DNA of 64,000 nt from Yoonia sp. GTDB taxonomy: Bacteria > Pseudomonadota > Alphaproteobacteria > Rhodobacterales > Rhodobacteraceae. Of this stretch, positions 19,920 to 27,509 are shown piece after piece. Under the pieces are notes generated by a model. The model worked only from the letters and a program-made list of their open reading frames with translations, ran no database searches and was not told the origin of the DNA. Location: assembly GCA_965660685.1 (NCBI GenBank), contig CBFIAX010000013.1, positions 937 through 64,936 on the forward strand, given 5' to 3'. Each line of letters starts with the position of its first letter. The first letter of the stretch is position 1. The position numbers were made by a program, and so were the translations under genes.

Positions 19920-22900
19920 CGCTCGTTGAGCAAATCTGCAATCCGCGCACGCGCAGAGTTTGACTTGGGTGTCCACAGATCGCGTTCAATAGCCTCTTGT
20001 AGCCGTGCGGCGATTTCCGCAAGGGCGGGTGCGTTGACGTCTGCGATGAACTGGCGTGTGTCGTCGTCAGCAAGGAACGCATCTTCGACAAGGTCGAAAT
20101 GGTGGTTGCGCACGACGCCTGTCGTTGCTGCGAAGGCGAATAGATAGTCGACCGTTGCCGCAATTTCAAACGCCCCTTTGTACCCGTGCCGCTTCACCCC
20201 ATCGATCCATTTGGGATTCACCACGCGGCTTCGCACGACACGGCCGATTTCATCCTCTAACGTGCGAATGACAGGCCGTTCGGGGCGCGAATGATCGTTG
20301 TGGTAAATCGGACGGTCGCGGCCTTGCAACGTGCTGATAGCCGCTGCCGCGCCCCCCTCGAATTGATAATAATCATCGCTATCAAGGATGTCATGTTCGC
20401 GGTTGTCTTGGTTTTGCACGATGGCCTCGGTTTGGATGAGCCGTTGCTCAAACGCATCTCGTGCGGCACGGCCGTCTTCCTTAGCGCCGTAAGCATAAGA
20501 TCCCCATGTCAGGTAGGCATCGCCAAGATCGGCCTTTTCCGACCAGAGCTTTTCGTCAATCATGGCTTGCAATCCAGCGCCATATGCACCGGGCTTCGCG
20601 CCGAAAACGCGCGCGTTATCCTCGCCCGCTTTTGCGCGAGCAGCGGCGGGGTTGAGATCCGCCGGCTCGTCAAGGTTTTGCACGGCTTTTGCAGCACTAT
20701 CGACGAGAGCGATGAGCTGCGGGAATGCATCGCGGAAGAAGCCTGAAATACGCAATGTGACGTCGACGCGAGGGCGGGCGAGTATGCTTTGCGGTAATAT
20801 TTCAAAGCCAGTCACGCGGCGGTTGGCGCTATCCCATGTTGGTTTGACCCCCATGAGTGCGAGCGCTTGCGCGATGTCATCGCCGCCGGTGCGCATGTTG
20901 GCGGTGCCCCATGCGTTGACTAACATCGTGCGGGGCCAGTCACCGTGATCTTGCAGATGCTTTTCGATCAGCAGGTTTGCCGATTTCCAACCGAGTTTCC
21001 ACGCGGTTGGGGTCGGCACGGCACGGCTATCGACGGAGTAGAAATTGCGTCCCGTTGGGAGCACGTCCAAACGCCCGCGGGTTGGCGCGCCGGATGGCGC
21101 CGGGGCGACGAAGTGCCCATTTAGGGCGGTGAGAAGCCCCGTCCCTTCGTCCGGTCCGCAGGCCGCGACAGTTGGCATAATATTGTCGAATATTTCATCC
21201 AGAACGGGCTGTGACGCTCGTGGGCTGATGCCCACATCGCCCCACCCCCCGTCCCGCAGGAGGTTCTGTGACAAGATTTCAAGCCGTTCGACAGTATCCC
21301 CAAGCGTCCGCCACCTGTCCATTGTGACGTTGGCCAATAAAGCGGGCTTTTCATCCGTTGGGGCGGCGAGGTCGCAATCTAAAGGGTCCAAGCTCAGGTC
21401 CATATCCGTCGCCAACGCCCGCAATAAAGATGCGTTTGCGCCGACGCCATCCCCACGCGGCACGCGGGCCAATGCGATGGTCAGATCACGGGCGAGATCA
21501 TCAGTGGGTGATTGCCCAAAGATATGCAAGCCGTCGCGAATTTGTGCCTCTTTCAACTCGCAAAGATAGGCGTCAAGTTTAGCTAGATCGTTGTCCGCAT
21601 CGCCGCCGAAACCGGCGTCTTTTGCCAGCCCCGTCACTTCGGACAGCGACAAAATTTCGGTGCGCAAGTGTTTGATCCGTCGCGGGTCGACGCCTGCTGC
21701 TTCGTAGTATTCGTCGACCAATGCCTCGAGGTCGCGCATTGGCCCATAGCTTTCAGCACGGGTCAGTGGTGGGGTCAGGTGGTCGATGATCACAGCAGAT
21801 GTGCGCCGTTTGGCTTGTGTGCCTTCGCCGGGGTCGTTCACGATGAATGGGTAGATATGTGGCGTGGGGCCAAAGACGGCTTCGGGCCAGCATATTTCAG
21901 ATAGGGCGACGGCTTTCCCCGGCAACCATTCGAGATTTCCGTGTTTGCCCATGTGCACGATTGCATCTGAACCCCAATGGTGTCGCAAGTAGAAGTAGAA
22001 CGCGAGGTAGTTGTGTGGCGGCACGAGGTCTGGCGCGTGGTAGGTTTCCGTCGGATCGATGTTATAACCACGCGCCGGTTGCAGGCCCACGACCGCGTTT
22101 CCAAATTCACGGATCGAGAGTTTGAACCCTAGTGCCGCCTCCGGCGGGAGTATTTCGGACAATGAGAGGAAGGGGTCGTCTTCGGGTTGGCCCCAGCGCG
22201 ATGTTATTTGTTCTTTGATGTCCCACGGCAGCGCGTCGAAATGTTCTTTGTAGACCGACAAGGGCAGGGTGACGCCGCCGTCGGTTTCCGCGCGGTCTGT
22301 GAGCCAATTGGTCGGTCCGGCCATAATTTGGTCCATGAGGGTTTGGGCATTTTCGGGCGGGACCGTGTCGTACCCGTTCTCGCGGAGCAGGTTCAGCACG
22401 TGTACGGTGGCGGCGGGCGTATCCAGACCGACGCCATTTGCCAGCCGCCCGTCTTTATTGGGGTAATTGGCAAGGATCAGGGCGACCTTGCGGTCCTTTG
22501 CCGGCGTGTTGCGAAGTTTCGCCCATTTCGCGGTGAGCTGTGCGACGAAATCGATCCGGTTGCCGTGGCCTTGGTAAGTCGCAATGGGGCATTCGGTGGC
22601 TTCGTCGTAAAAAGCCTCGCCTTTAAACGATACGGCACGGGACAGGATGCGCCCATCGACTTCCGGTAGTGCCACGTTCATCGCAATGTCGCGGGCGGAG
22701 AGGCCCTGAGCATTCTCGGTCCATGCGCTTTCTGATGCGCTTGACAGGATGGTTTGGAAGATAGGGGAGTTGTTTGCTGCCGCCATCGTCAGCGGGTTTT
22801 GGGGGCTGTCATCGCCGTCATGGGGCGAACCGACTGCGAAAGCGGTGCAGTTCAGGATGACCGACGGTGGGGCTGATTGGAACAGGGTTTCCAATGTCGC

Positions 22901-23638
22901 CACGCTGAGCGGGTCTTTCAGAGACGCCACAAATATTGGCAGCGGGTTCAGCCCTTGGCGTGACAAGCTGCGCGCAAGGCGGTTAATGGGATTGAGCCCA
23001 CCGCCTTGGACAAGGGCGCGGTAGAAGATGATCGGCACGACGCGGGCATCTGGTGTCCATGCAGATTGGGCCGTTGCGAGGTCGGCGATGCCTGCGCCGG
23101 GCCAGTACACGCCAGCGCGTAGCAACGGCGCGGCTGGCGTAGGTTTATCTGTTTTTTTGATAATTGCATCGACATAGTTCAGGAAGTTGATGCTGTTTTG
23201 TGGGCCGCCCTCAACCAGATAAGACCAAAGCGCGTCGTAGTCTTCGTTTGATACAGTCGATAGTTCGCGCAATTCGGCGTCTGGCTTGTCATCACCTGGC
23301 AATGCGGCAAAGGGGATGCCAGCGTCATGAAGGCGGGCCGCATATTGCGTAAGACCGTATTTCCAATAGCCCATGCCACCGAGCACGCGTGCCACAACAA
23401 GCTTTGATTTTGACGCGCAATCATCAATGTGCAGATCAACGGACATGGGATGCGTCAGGTGCATCATGCTTGCCAAGCGCAGGGTCGGTGGGCTGTCCAT
23501 TTCGGCCCGTGCTTCGGACAATGCGGCCAATTCGGTGTCGGCGGCAGAGATGAAAACCACATCTGCAGGCGTTTGCCCAAGATCAAACGGTTCGTCGCCG
23601 TCAGAGATTGCGCCAGGTGTGGCTGCTAGCAGGTGCAT
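19916..23638 (-). CDS. cobN: cobaltochelatase subunit CobN
   Basis: MHLLAATPG, ANYPNKDGRLANGVGLDTP, HMGKHGNLEWLPGK, LPTGRNFYSVD, RHGYKGAFE. Confidence 0.98.
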   Translation of the reverse strand: MHLLAATPGAISDGDEPFDLGQTPADVVFISAADTELAALSEARAEMDSPPTLRLASMMHLTHPMSVDLHIDDCASKSKLVVARVLGGMGYWKYGLTQYAARLHDAGIPFAALPGDDKPDAELRELSTVSNEDYDALWSYLVEGGPQNSINFLNYVDAIIKKTDKPTPAAPLLRAGVYWPGAGIADLATAQSAWTPDARVVPIIFYRALVQGGGLNPINRLARSLSRQGLNPLPIFVASLKDPLSVATLETLFQSAPPSVILNCTAFAVGSPHDGDDSPQNPLTMAAANNSPIFQTILSSASESAWTENAQGLSARDIAMNVALPEVDGRILSRAVSFKGEAFYDEATECPIATYQGHGNRIDFVAQLTAKWAKLRNTPAKDRKVALILANYPNKDGRLANGVGLDTPAATVHVLNLLRENGYDTVPPENAQTLMDQIMAGPTNWLTDRAETDGGVTLPLSVYKEHFDALPWDIKEQITSRWGQPEDDPFLSLSEILPPEAALGFKLSIREFGNAVVGLQPARGYNIDPTETYHAPDLVPPHNYLAFYFYLRHHWGSDAIVHMGKHGNLEWLPGKAVALSEICWPEAVFGPTPHIYPFIVNDPGEGTQAKRRTSAVIIDHLTPPLTRAESYGPMRDLEALVDEYYEAAGVDPRRIKHLRTEILSLSEVTGLAKDAGFGGDADNDLAKLDAYLCELKEAQIRDGLHIFGQSPTDDLARDLTIALARVPRGDGVGANASLLRALATDMDLSLDPLDCDLAAPTDEKPALLANVTMDRWRTLGDTVERLEILSQNLLRDGGWGDVGISPRASQPVLDEIFDNIMPTVAACGPDEGTGLLTALNGHFVAPAPSGAPTRGRLDVLPTGRNFYSVDSRAVPTPTAWKLGWKSANLLIEKHLQDHGDWPRTMLVNAWGTANMRTGGDDIAQALALMGVKPTWDSANRRVTGFEILPQSILARPRVDVTLRISGFFRDAFPQLIALVDSAAKAVQNLDEPADLNPAAARAKAGEDNARVFGAKPGAYGAGLQAMIDEKLWSEKADLGDAYLTWGSYAYGAKEDGRAARDAFEQRLIQTEAIVQNQDNREHDILDSDDYYQFEGGAAAAISTLQGRDRPIYHNDHSRPERPVIRTLEDEIGRVVRSRVVNPKWIDGVKRHGYKGAFEIAATVDYLFAFAATTGVVRNHHFDLVEDAFLADDDTRQFIADVNAPALAEIAARLQEAIERDLWTPKSNSARARIADLLNER
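22137..22168 (+). repeat. dispersed GCCTCCGGCGG repeat, subfamily C, inside cobN coding sequence
   Basis: GCCTCCGGCGGGAGTATTTCGGACAATGAGAG; read on the cobN strand as part of LSLSEILPPEA; near-identical to intergenic copy 38060-38092. Confidence 0.85.
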
Positions 23639-23685
23639 GCCGTGTCCTTTGGTGTTACTGACCCGCAAAACGCAAAGGACAGATC

Positions 23686-23841
23686 ATGGATTATAAAGCT
23701 GCAGGTGCGCCCAAAAAGGGCACGAACGCCCCCAAACATGCCGAACACAACGCGCATGGGTCGAAGAAAAAGCCGTTTGGCGCACGTCCGACCAAAGAAG
23801 AGTTGCTGGCTCGCATGAAGGCGGCTGCGACCAAGAAGTAG
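23686..23841 (+). CDS. small basic protein, 51 aa (below ORF-track cutoff)
   Basis: RBS AAGGAC, then ATG; MDYKAAGAPKKGTNAPKHAEHNAHGSKKKPFGARPTKEELLARMKAAATKK-TAG; fills the cobN-GNAT gap. Confidence 0.75.
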   Translation: MDYKAAGAPKKGTNAPKHAEHNAHGSKKKPFGARPTKEELLARMKAAATKK

Positions 23842-23843
23842 GC

Positions 23844-24293
23844 TCACAGCGCCTTTTCCATAAAGATAGAAGAGGGCGCGTCAGTGTAGTCGCCGAATGG
23901 TCCGCAAAGGCTGAACCCGTGGCGACCATAAAGGCGGTGCGCGGCGTGCAATACATTGCCGGTTTCCAATTTCAGCGTTCGCAGGAATTCCGCTTTGGCT
24001 TGGTCTTCGATCTGGCGCAGCAGGGCGTCGCCAACACCTTTGCCGCGCGCATCCTCGGATACAAACATAGATTTGACTTCGCCATAGCCGTCCTTGACCG
24101 CAAGTGCGCCGGTTCCAAGGATTTTGTCCCCTTCGCGGGCGGTGAAGAAATGGATGTTGTCAGCGCACAGATCATCAATAGACAGATAAAAGTTATCTTC
24201 GGGCGGAAACAGCGACTGCATCAAAGCATGGCTTTGCTGCAGCAGTGCTGTGGCCTGCGGGTCGTGGGGATCTGTGCGGCTGACGATGATCAT
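23844..24293 (-). CDS. GNAT family N-acetyltransferase
   Basis: GEVKSMFV...ARGKGVG..LL, LKLETG...A.RLY.RHGF..CGPFGDY. Confidence 0.9.
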   Translation of the reverse strand: MIIVSRTDPHDPQATALLQQSHALMQSLFPPEDNFYLSIDDLCADNIHFFTAREGDKILGTGALAVKDGYGEVKSMFVSEDARGKGVGDALLRQIEDQAKAEFLRTLKLETGNVLHAAHRLYGRHGFSLCGPFGDYTDAPSSIFMEKAL

Positions 24294-25363
24294 GCTTGCA
24301 ATGCCGCTGTGATTGCTGCGTGATCAAGACCCGCTTCACCGATTACAACCAATTTGGTTTCGCGTGGGGCAGAGCCAAAAGGTTGGTCGAAATAGGTGTC
24401 AACGCGCGGGCCGACGGCTTGCAAGGTTAGGCGCATAGGTTTGCCTGTGATGGCCACGAAACCTTTGAGCCGTAGAATGTTGTGGGCGCGGATCACGTCT
24501 GCCACTTGGGCGGAGAAGGCATCTGCGTCTGTGACTTCATCGCGGGACACGATGAACGATTCAAATTCGTCATGGCCGTGTTCATGGTGGTGATGGTCGT
24601 GGTCGTCGTGATGGTGATCGTCATCGTGGTCATGATGGTGGTGGTGCACCTCGTGGCGGGCGTCCAGATCGTTTTCGGCCCCTATGCCTTGCCCCAAAAG
24701 CACATCAACAGGCAGTGCGCCCATCGCGGCTTTGACCACTTGCACACCATCGCGGGCGTCGGATTTGAGACGTGTCATCAGCGTATCGACCTCGCCGGCG
24801 GCCAGAAGGTCGGATTTGTTCACAACGATCATATCGGCGCAAGCGATCTGGTCTTCGAACAGCTCTGACAATGGCGTTTCATGGTCAAGGTTTTCGTCTT
24901 GCGCGCGCTGCGCATCAACGGCGGCGACGTTATGGGCAAACTGGCCGTCATGCACGGCGCGCCCGTCAACCACAGTAACAACGCCATCCACGGTCACCTT
25001 GGTCGAGATACCCGGCCAATTGAACGCACGGATCAGCGGTTGGGGTAGGGCAAGGCCCGACGTTTCGATGACAATATGATCAGGCTGCGGGTCACGTGCC
25101 AACAGTTGTTCCATTGTCGGAATGAAATCATCGGCGACAGTGCAACAGATGCAACCATTCGACAGCTCGACGATGTCGTCTTCTGTGCATGTTTCTTCGC
25201 CGCAACCTTTGAGGATGTCCCCATCAACACCCAGATCGCCGAATTCATTGATAATCAGCGCGATGCGCTTGCCTTCTGCGTTTTGCAGCATGTGGCGGAT
25301 CAGCGTGGTTTTACCCGCGCCAAGAAAGCCTGTGACAACGGTTGCTGGGATCTTTGCGGCCAT
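24290..25363 (-). CDS. cobW: cobalamin biosynthesis GTPase/cobalt chaperone CobW
   Basis: TGFLGAGKTT, NEFG, GCICCTV, ETSGLALP, NKSD, His-rich linker, LRLKG. Confidence 0.97.
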   Translation of the reverse strand: MAAKIPATVVTGFLGAGKTTLIRHMLQNAEGKRIALIINEFGDLGVDGDILKGCGEETCTEDDIVELSNGCICCTVADDFIPTMEQLLARDPQPDHIVIETSGLALPQPLIRAFNWPGISTKVTVDGVVTVVDGRAVHDGQFAHNVAAVDAQRAQDENLDHETPLSELFEDQIACADMIVVNKSDLLAAGEVDTLMTRLKSDARDGVQVVKAAMGALPVDVLLGQGIGAENDLDARHEVHHHHHDHDDDHHHDDHDHHHHEHGHDEFESFIVSRDEVTDADAFSAQVADVIRAHNILRLKGFVAITGKPMRLTLQAVGPRVDTYFDQPFGSAPRETKLVVIGEAGLDHAAITAALQA

Positions 25364-25403
25364 GGTGGTTTCCAATTCTAAGGTGGTGGTCTAAGCCTAA
25401 GTT

Positions 25404-25730
25404 ATGACCAAACGAGTGACAATATGTGAGACCTGTGCAGGACCGAGCAAGGCGCTGGCCGAAGCACTGGGTGAATTGCAAGGCTGGGACGTTGTGATGC
25501 ATCCGTGCCTATCGGTTTGTGACGAACCCGTTGCCATAGCAGTGCAAGGCGAGGGTGCGGCCACATATGTGTTTGCGGGGCTGACAGAGGCGGATGCCGC
25601 AGATGTGCGTGCCTTTGCACGGTTATATGATGCGGCACCCGCAGGCTGGATCGACGATGCACGCCCTGCGGGGCGGCTGCGATTTTGCCTTAAAACGCGG
25701 GTGCCGGCGTTATCTGTCACGGCACAGTGA
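25404..25730 (+). CDS. DUF1636-like Cys-containing protein
   Basis: ICETC...CLSVC..P.AIA......TY.F.G......YDAAPAGWI...RP..L...ARVP-type pattern. Confidence 0.75.
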   Translation: MTKRVTICETCAGPSKALAEALGELQGWDVVMHPCLSVCDEPVAIAVQGEGAATYVFAGLTEADAADVRAFARLYDAAPAGWIDDARPAGRLRFCLKTRVPALSVTAQ

Positions 25731-26163
25731 TTTCCGCAGCGATTGGTTGGCCGTCGATGCCCCAGTCAGAATGGTCATTGGCATTCAGTGTGACCCGAAT
25801 GACGGATCCGCTGGGTGCATTCTTGACCAACACCCATGGGCCATAGGCGCGGGTGTATTTCACGCCATTCAGATAAACATGGACATGCCCCGTGCCCGCC
25901 ACCGGCGGCGTGTTCACGGTTTCAGGCGTAAAGGTAAAGCCCGTAATGTCCATGAACAGGTTTTTGGCGTCGCCCATGTCGTCTGAGACAGCCAGCGCGA
26001 TGGTTGGCGCGGGGCCGGTCCAAGGCGCAAGCATCGACATATCGTGCCCCACATCGCCGTGACCGGCGTGATCGTGGCCGTGGCCGTGGGACGGGTTACC
26101 AAGGATAAACCCCAGACCCGTCCCAAATACCAATCCCACAACAAACAGAATTAAGGACCGCAT
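25717..26163 (-). CDS. His-rich membrane-anchored/exported hypothetical protein
   Basis: N-terminal hydrophobic helix, HGHGHDHAGH, GHVHVYLNG, TLNANDH; ATG directly follows the cbtA stop. Confidence 0.8.
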   Translation of the reverse strand: MRSLILFVVGLVFGTGLGFILGNPSHGHGHDHAGHGDVGHDMSMLAPWTGPAPTIALAVSDDMGDAKNLFMDITGFTFTPETVNTPPVAGTGHVHVYLNGVKYTRAYGPWVLVKNAPSGSVIRVTLNANDHSDWGIDGQPIAAEITVP

Positions 26164-26832
26164 TTAGTCCTCCGCCAGTTTGCTTGTCCAAACCGCACCA
26201 AGCAGCAGGCCAAGTGTCGACCATACGACCAGCGCTGTCCCAAGCGTGCGTGCAGCGAAAGATGCTGCCAGCTCTGGCGGGGCAACTTGGGTCAAGGCGT
26301 CAGGCAATGGCGCGCCAACGATATGCGGCGCGGCCAGTAAGACGATTGCAGCCCCCCACATCGCCCAATTGCGCCCGAACGCGACCAACCAAAGGCCGAC
26401 CCCTGTGCAGGCCGCCGTGGCGAACCACCAGATTTGGCGGGCTTCGACATGTGCGCCATTCAGGCCTGGCATGTCAGGTGCGACGCCAAATGCTGGGGCC
26501 AGATGCATGGTGATAAACCCAGCAGCACCCCAAAGCAGACCCGCGCGCGGGCTGATCGGCTGACCACGGTCTTCGGCCCAAACCATCGCGGCGAGCAGCA
26601 TGAATGCGTAGCCGGTGTAGATCAGTGCGGAAAACACGATGTTTAAACCTTCGCGCGCCACATCAAGCGATCCACGCGCAACGGTCACCATATCAAGCGA
26701 TGTGGTCGCGTCATTTTCAAAAAGTTCGGCATGCAGCAAAAGCGGTTGCACGAACACGAATTGCATCAATGCGGCGACAATGCCCGCACCGAAACCAGCG
26801 ATCAACGCGCTGACGGCAATTTTCTGAAACAT
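26164..26832 (-). CDS. cbtA: cobalt transporter subunit CbtA
   Basis: SALIAGFGAG...QPLLLHAE.FE, GLLWG.AGF....LAPA.G..P..PG, ARQIWW, PHIVGAP. Confidence 0.9.
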   Translation of the reverse strand: MFQKIAVSALIAGFGAGIVAALMQFVFVQPLLLHAELFENDATTSLDMVTVARGSLDVAREGLNIVFSALIYTGYAFMLLAAMVWAEDRGQPISPRAGLLWGAAGFITMHLAPAFGVAPDMPGLNGAHVEARQIWWFATAACTGVGLWLVAFGRNWAMWGAAIVLLAAPHIVGAPLPDALTQVAPPELAASFAARTLGTALVVWSTLGLLLGAVWTSKLAED

Positions 26833-26836
26833 AGGC

Positions 26837-27019
26837 TTAGTGGCAGGGGAAGCCGGTTGTATGACGCACGTCATGTGCTGCGTCATGCAATGTGGCGGCC
26901 TGAACGTGGCCTGCAACTGTGATAATACCAAGGCCAAGGATGCCAGCGGCAAGCACTGACAGTACCGTTGTGGTGGATTTTGTTTGCGCAGGCGCTGTGG
27001 CCGCGTTTGTCTTTGTCAT
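26837..27019 (-). CDS. cbtB: cobalt transporter subunit CbtB
   Basis: One TM helix plus LHDAAHDVRHTTGFPCH C-terminus. Confidence 0.93.
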   Translation of the reverse strand: MTKTNAATAPAQTKSTTTVLSVLAAGILGLGIITVAGHVQAATLHDAAHDVRHTTGFPCH

Positions 27020-27067
27020 TCTATTTACTCCAATTATCCGTCACACCCGACGGATCGGTTTCATTTT

Positions 27068-27266
27068 GCATGGCTGGTCTCCTGGCTTGCGGATCGAACG
27101 CGCCTTGCTGCCTTCCCAGTTTCCCAGTGGCGTATCGCAAGGCACTTTCCGCATTACAGTCGCGGGGGCGGCTGTGGTTTTCGGTCTCCCGTTTGGATCG
27201 ACCTTCCCACATTCCCATTTCATCCCCCTAACGCTTAGCGTCATATATGGGGAACCGTGCAGGCCG
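27068..27266 (-). promoter_or_regulatory. cobalamin (B12) riboswitch upstream of cbtB
   Basis: Minus strand: GGTTCCCC...ATGAAATGGGAA...GCCCCCGCGACTGTAA...GCCACTGGGAAACTGGGAAGGC...B12 box AAGCCAGGAGACC; ends approximate. Confidence 0.95.
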
Positions 27267-27349
27267 TTTGTGCCGCGTTGCTGGCTAGGTCGTCAAGGTC
27301 GAATGCGACGTCAAAAACGCCAACGGCGGCGTTTGCGGCGTCTGTTGGA

Positions 27350-27382
27350 GCCTCCGGCGGAGGTATTTTGGGCCAGAAGAAG
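27350..27382 (+). repeat. dispersed GCCTCCGGCGG repeat, subfamily A
   Basis: GCCTCCGGCGGAGGTATTTTGGGCCAGAAGAAG; 1 mismatch to the copy at 54907. Confidence 0.9.
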
Positions 27383-27509
27383 ATAAGACGACCCGCAAAA
27401 ACGCAATATCTTGTGGATAAGTCAGCCAAAATTCCCAGATGCGGGGTGTTTTCGTTGACTTAGGTCGCGGGCAGCGGTGTAGTTTTAGGTCTAATAGGAA
27501 TCATTGCCC

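Noticed and set aside
17860-19920. Insert between lrgA and cobN as a mobile element or genomic island
   Set aside because: No integrase, transposase, terminal repeats or tRNA target visible; only a modest compositional shift by eye.
24560-24660. His/Asp low-complexity repeat in cobW
   Set aside because: A normal His-rich linker of CobW/COG0523 proteins.
27241-27463. Short ORFs between the riboswitch and smc
   Set aside because: They run through the riboswitch 5' end and a repeat copy (KIPPPEA is the repeat's translation); no RBS or family signal.
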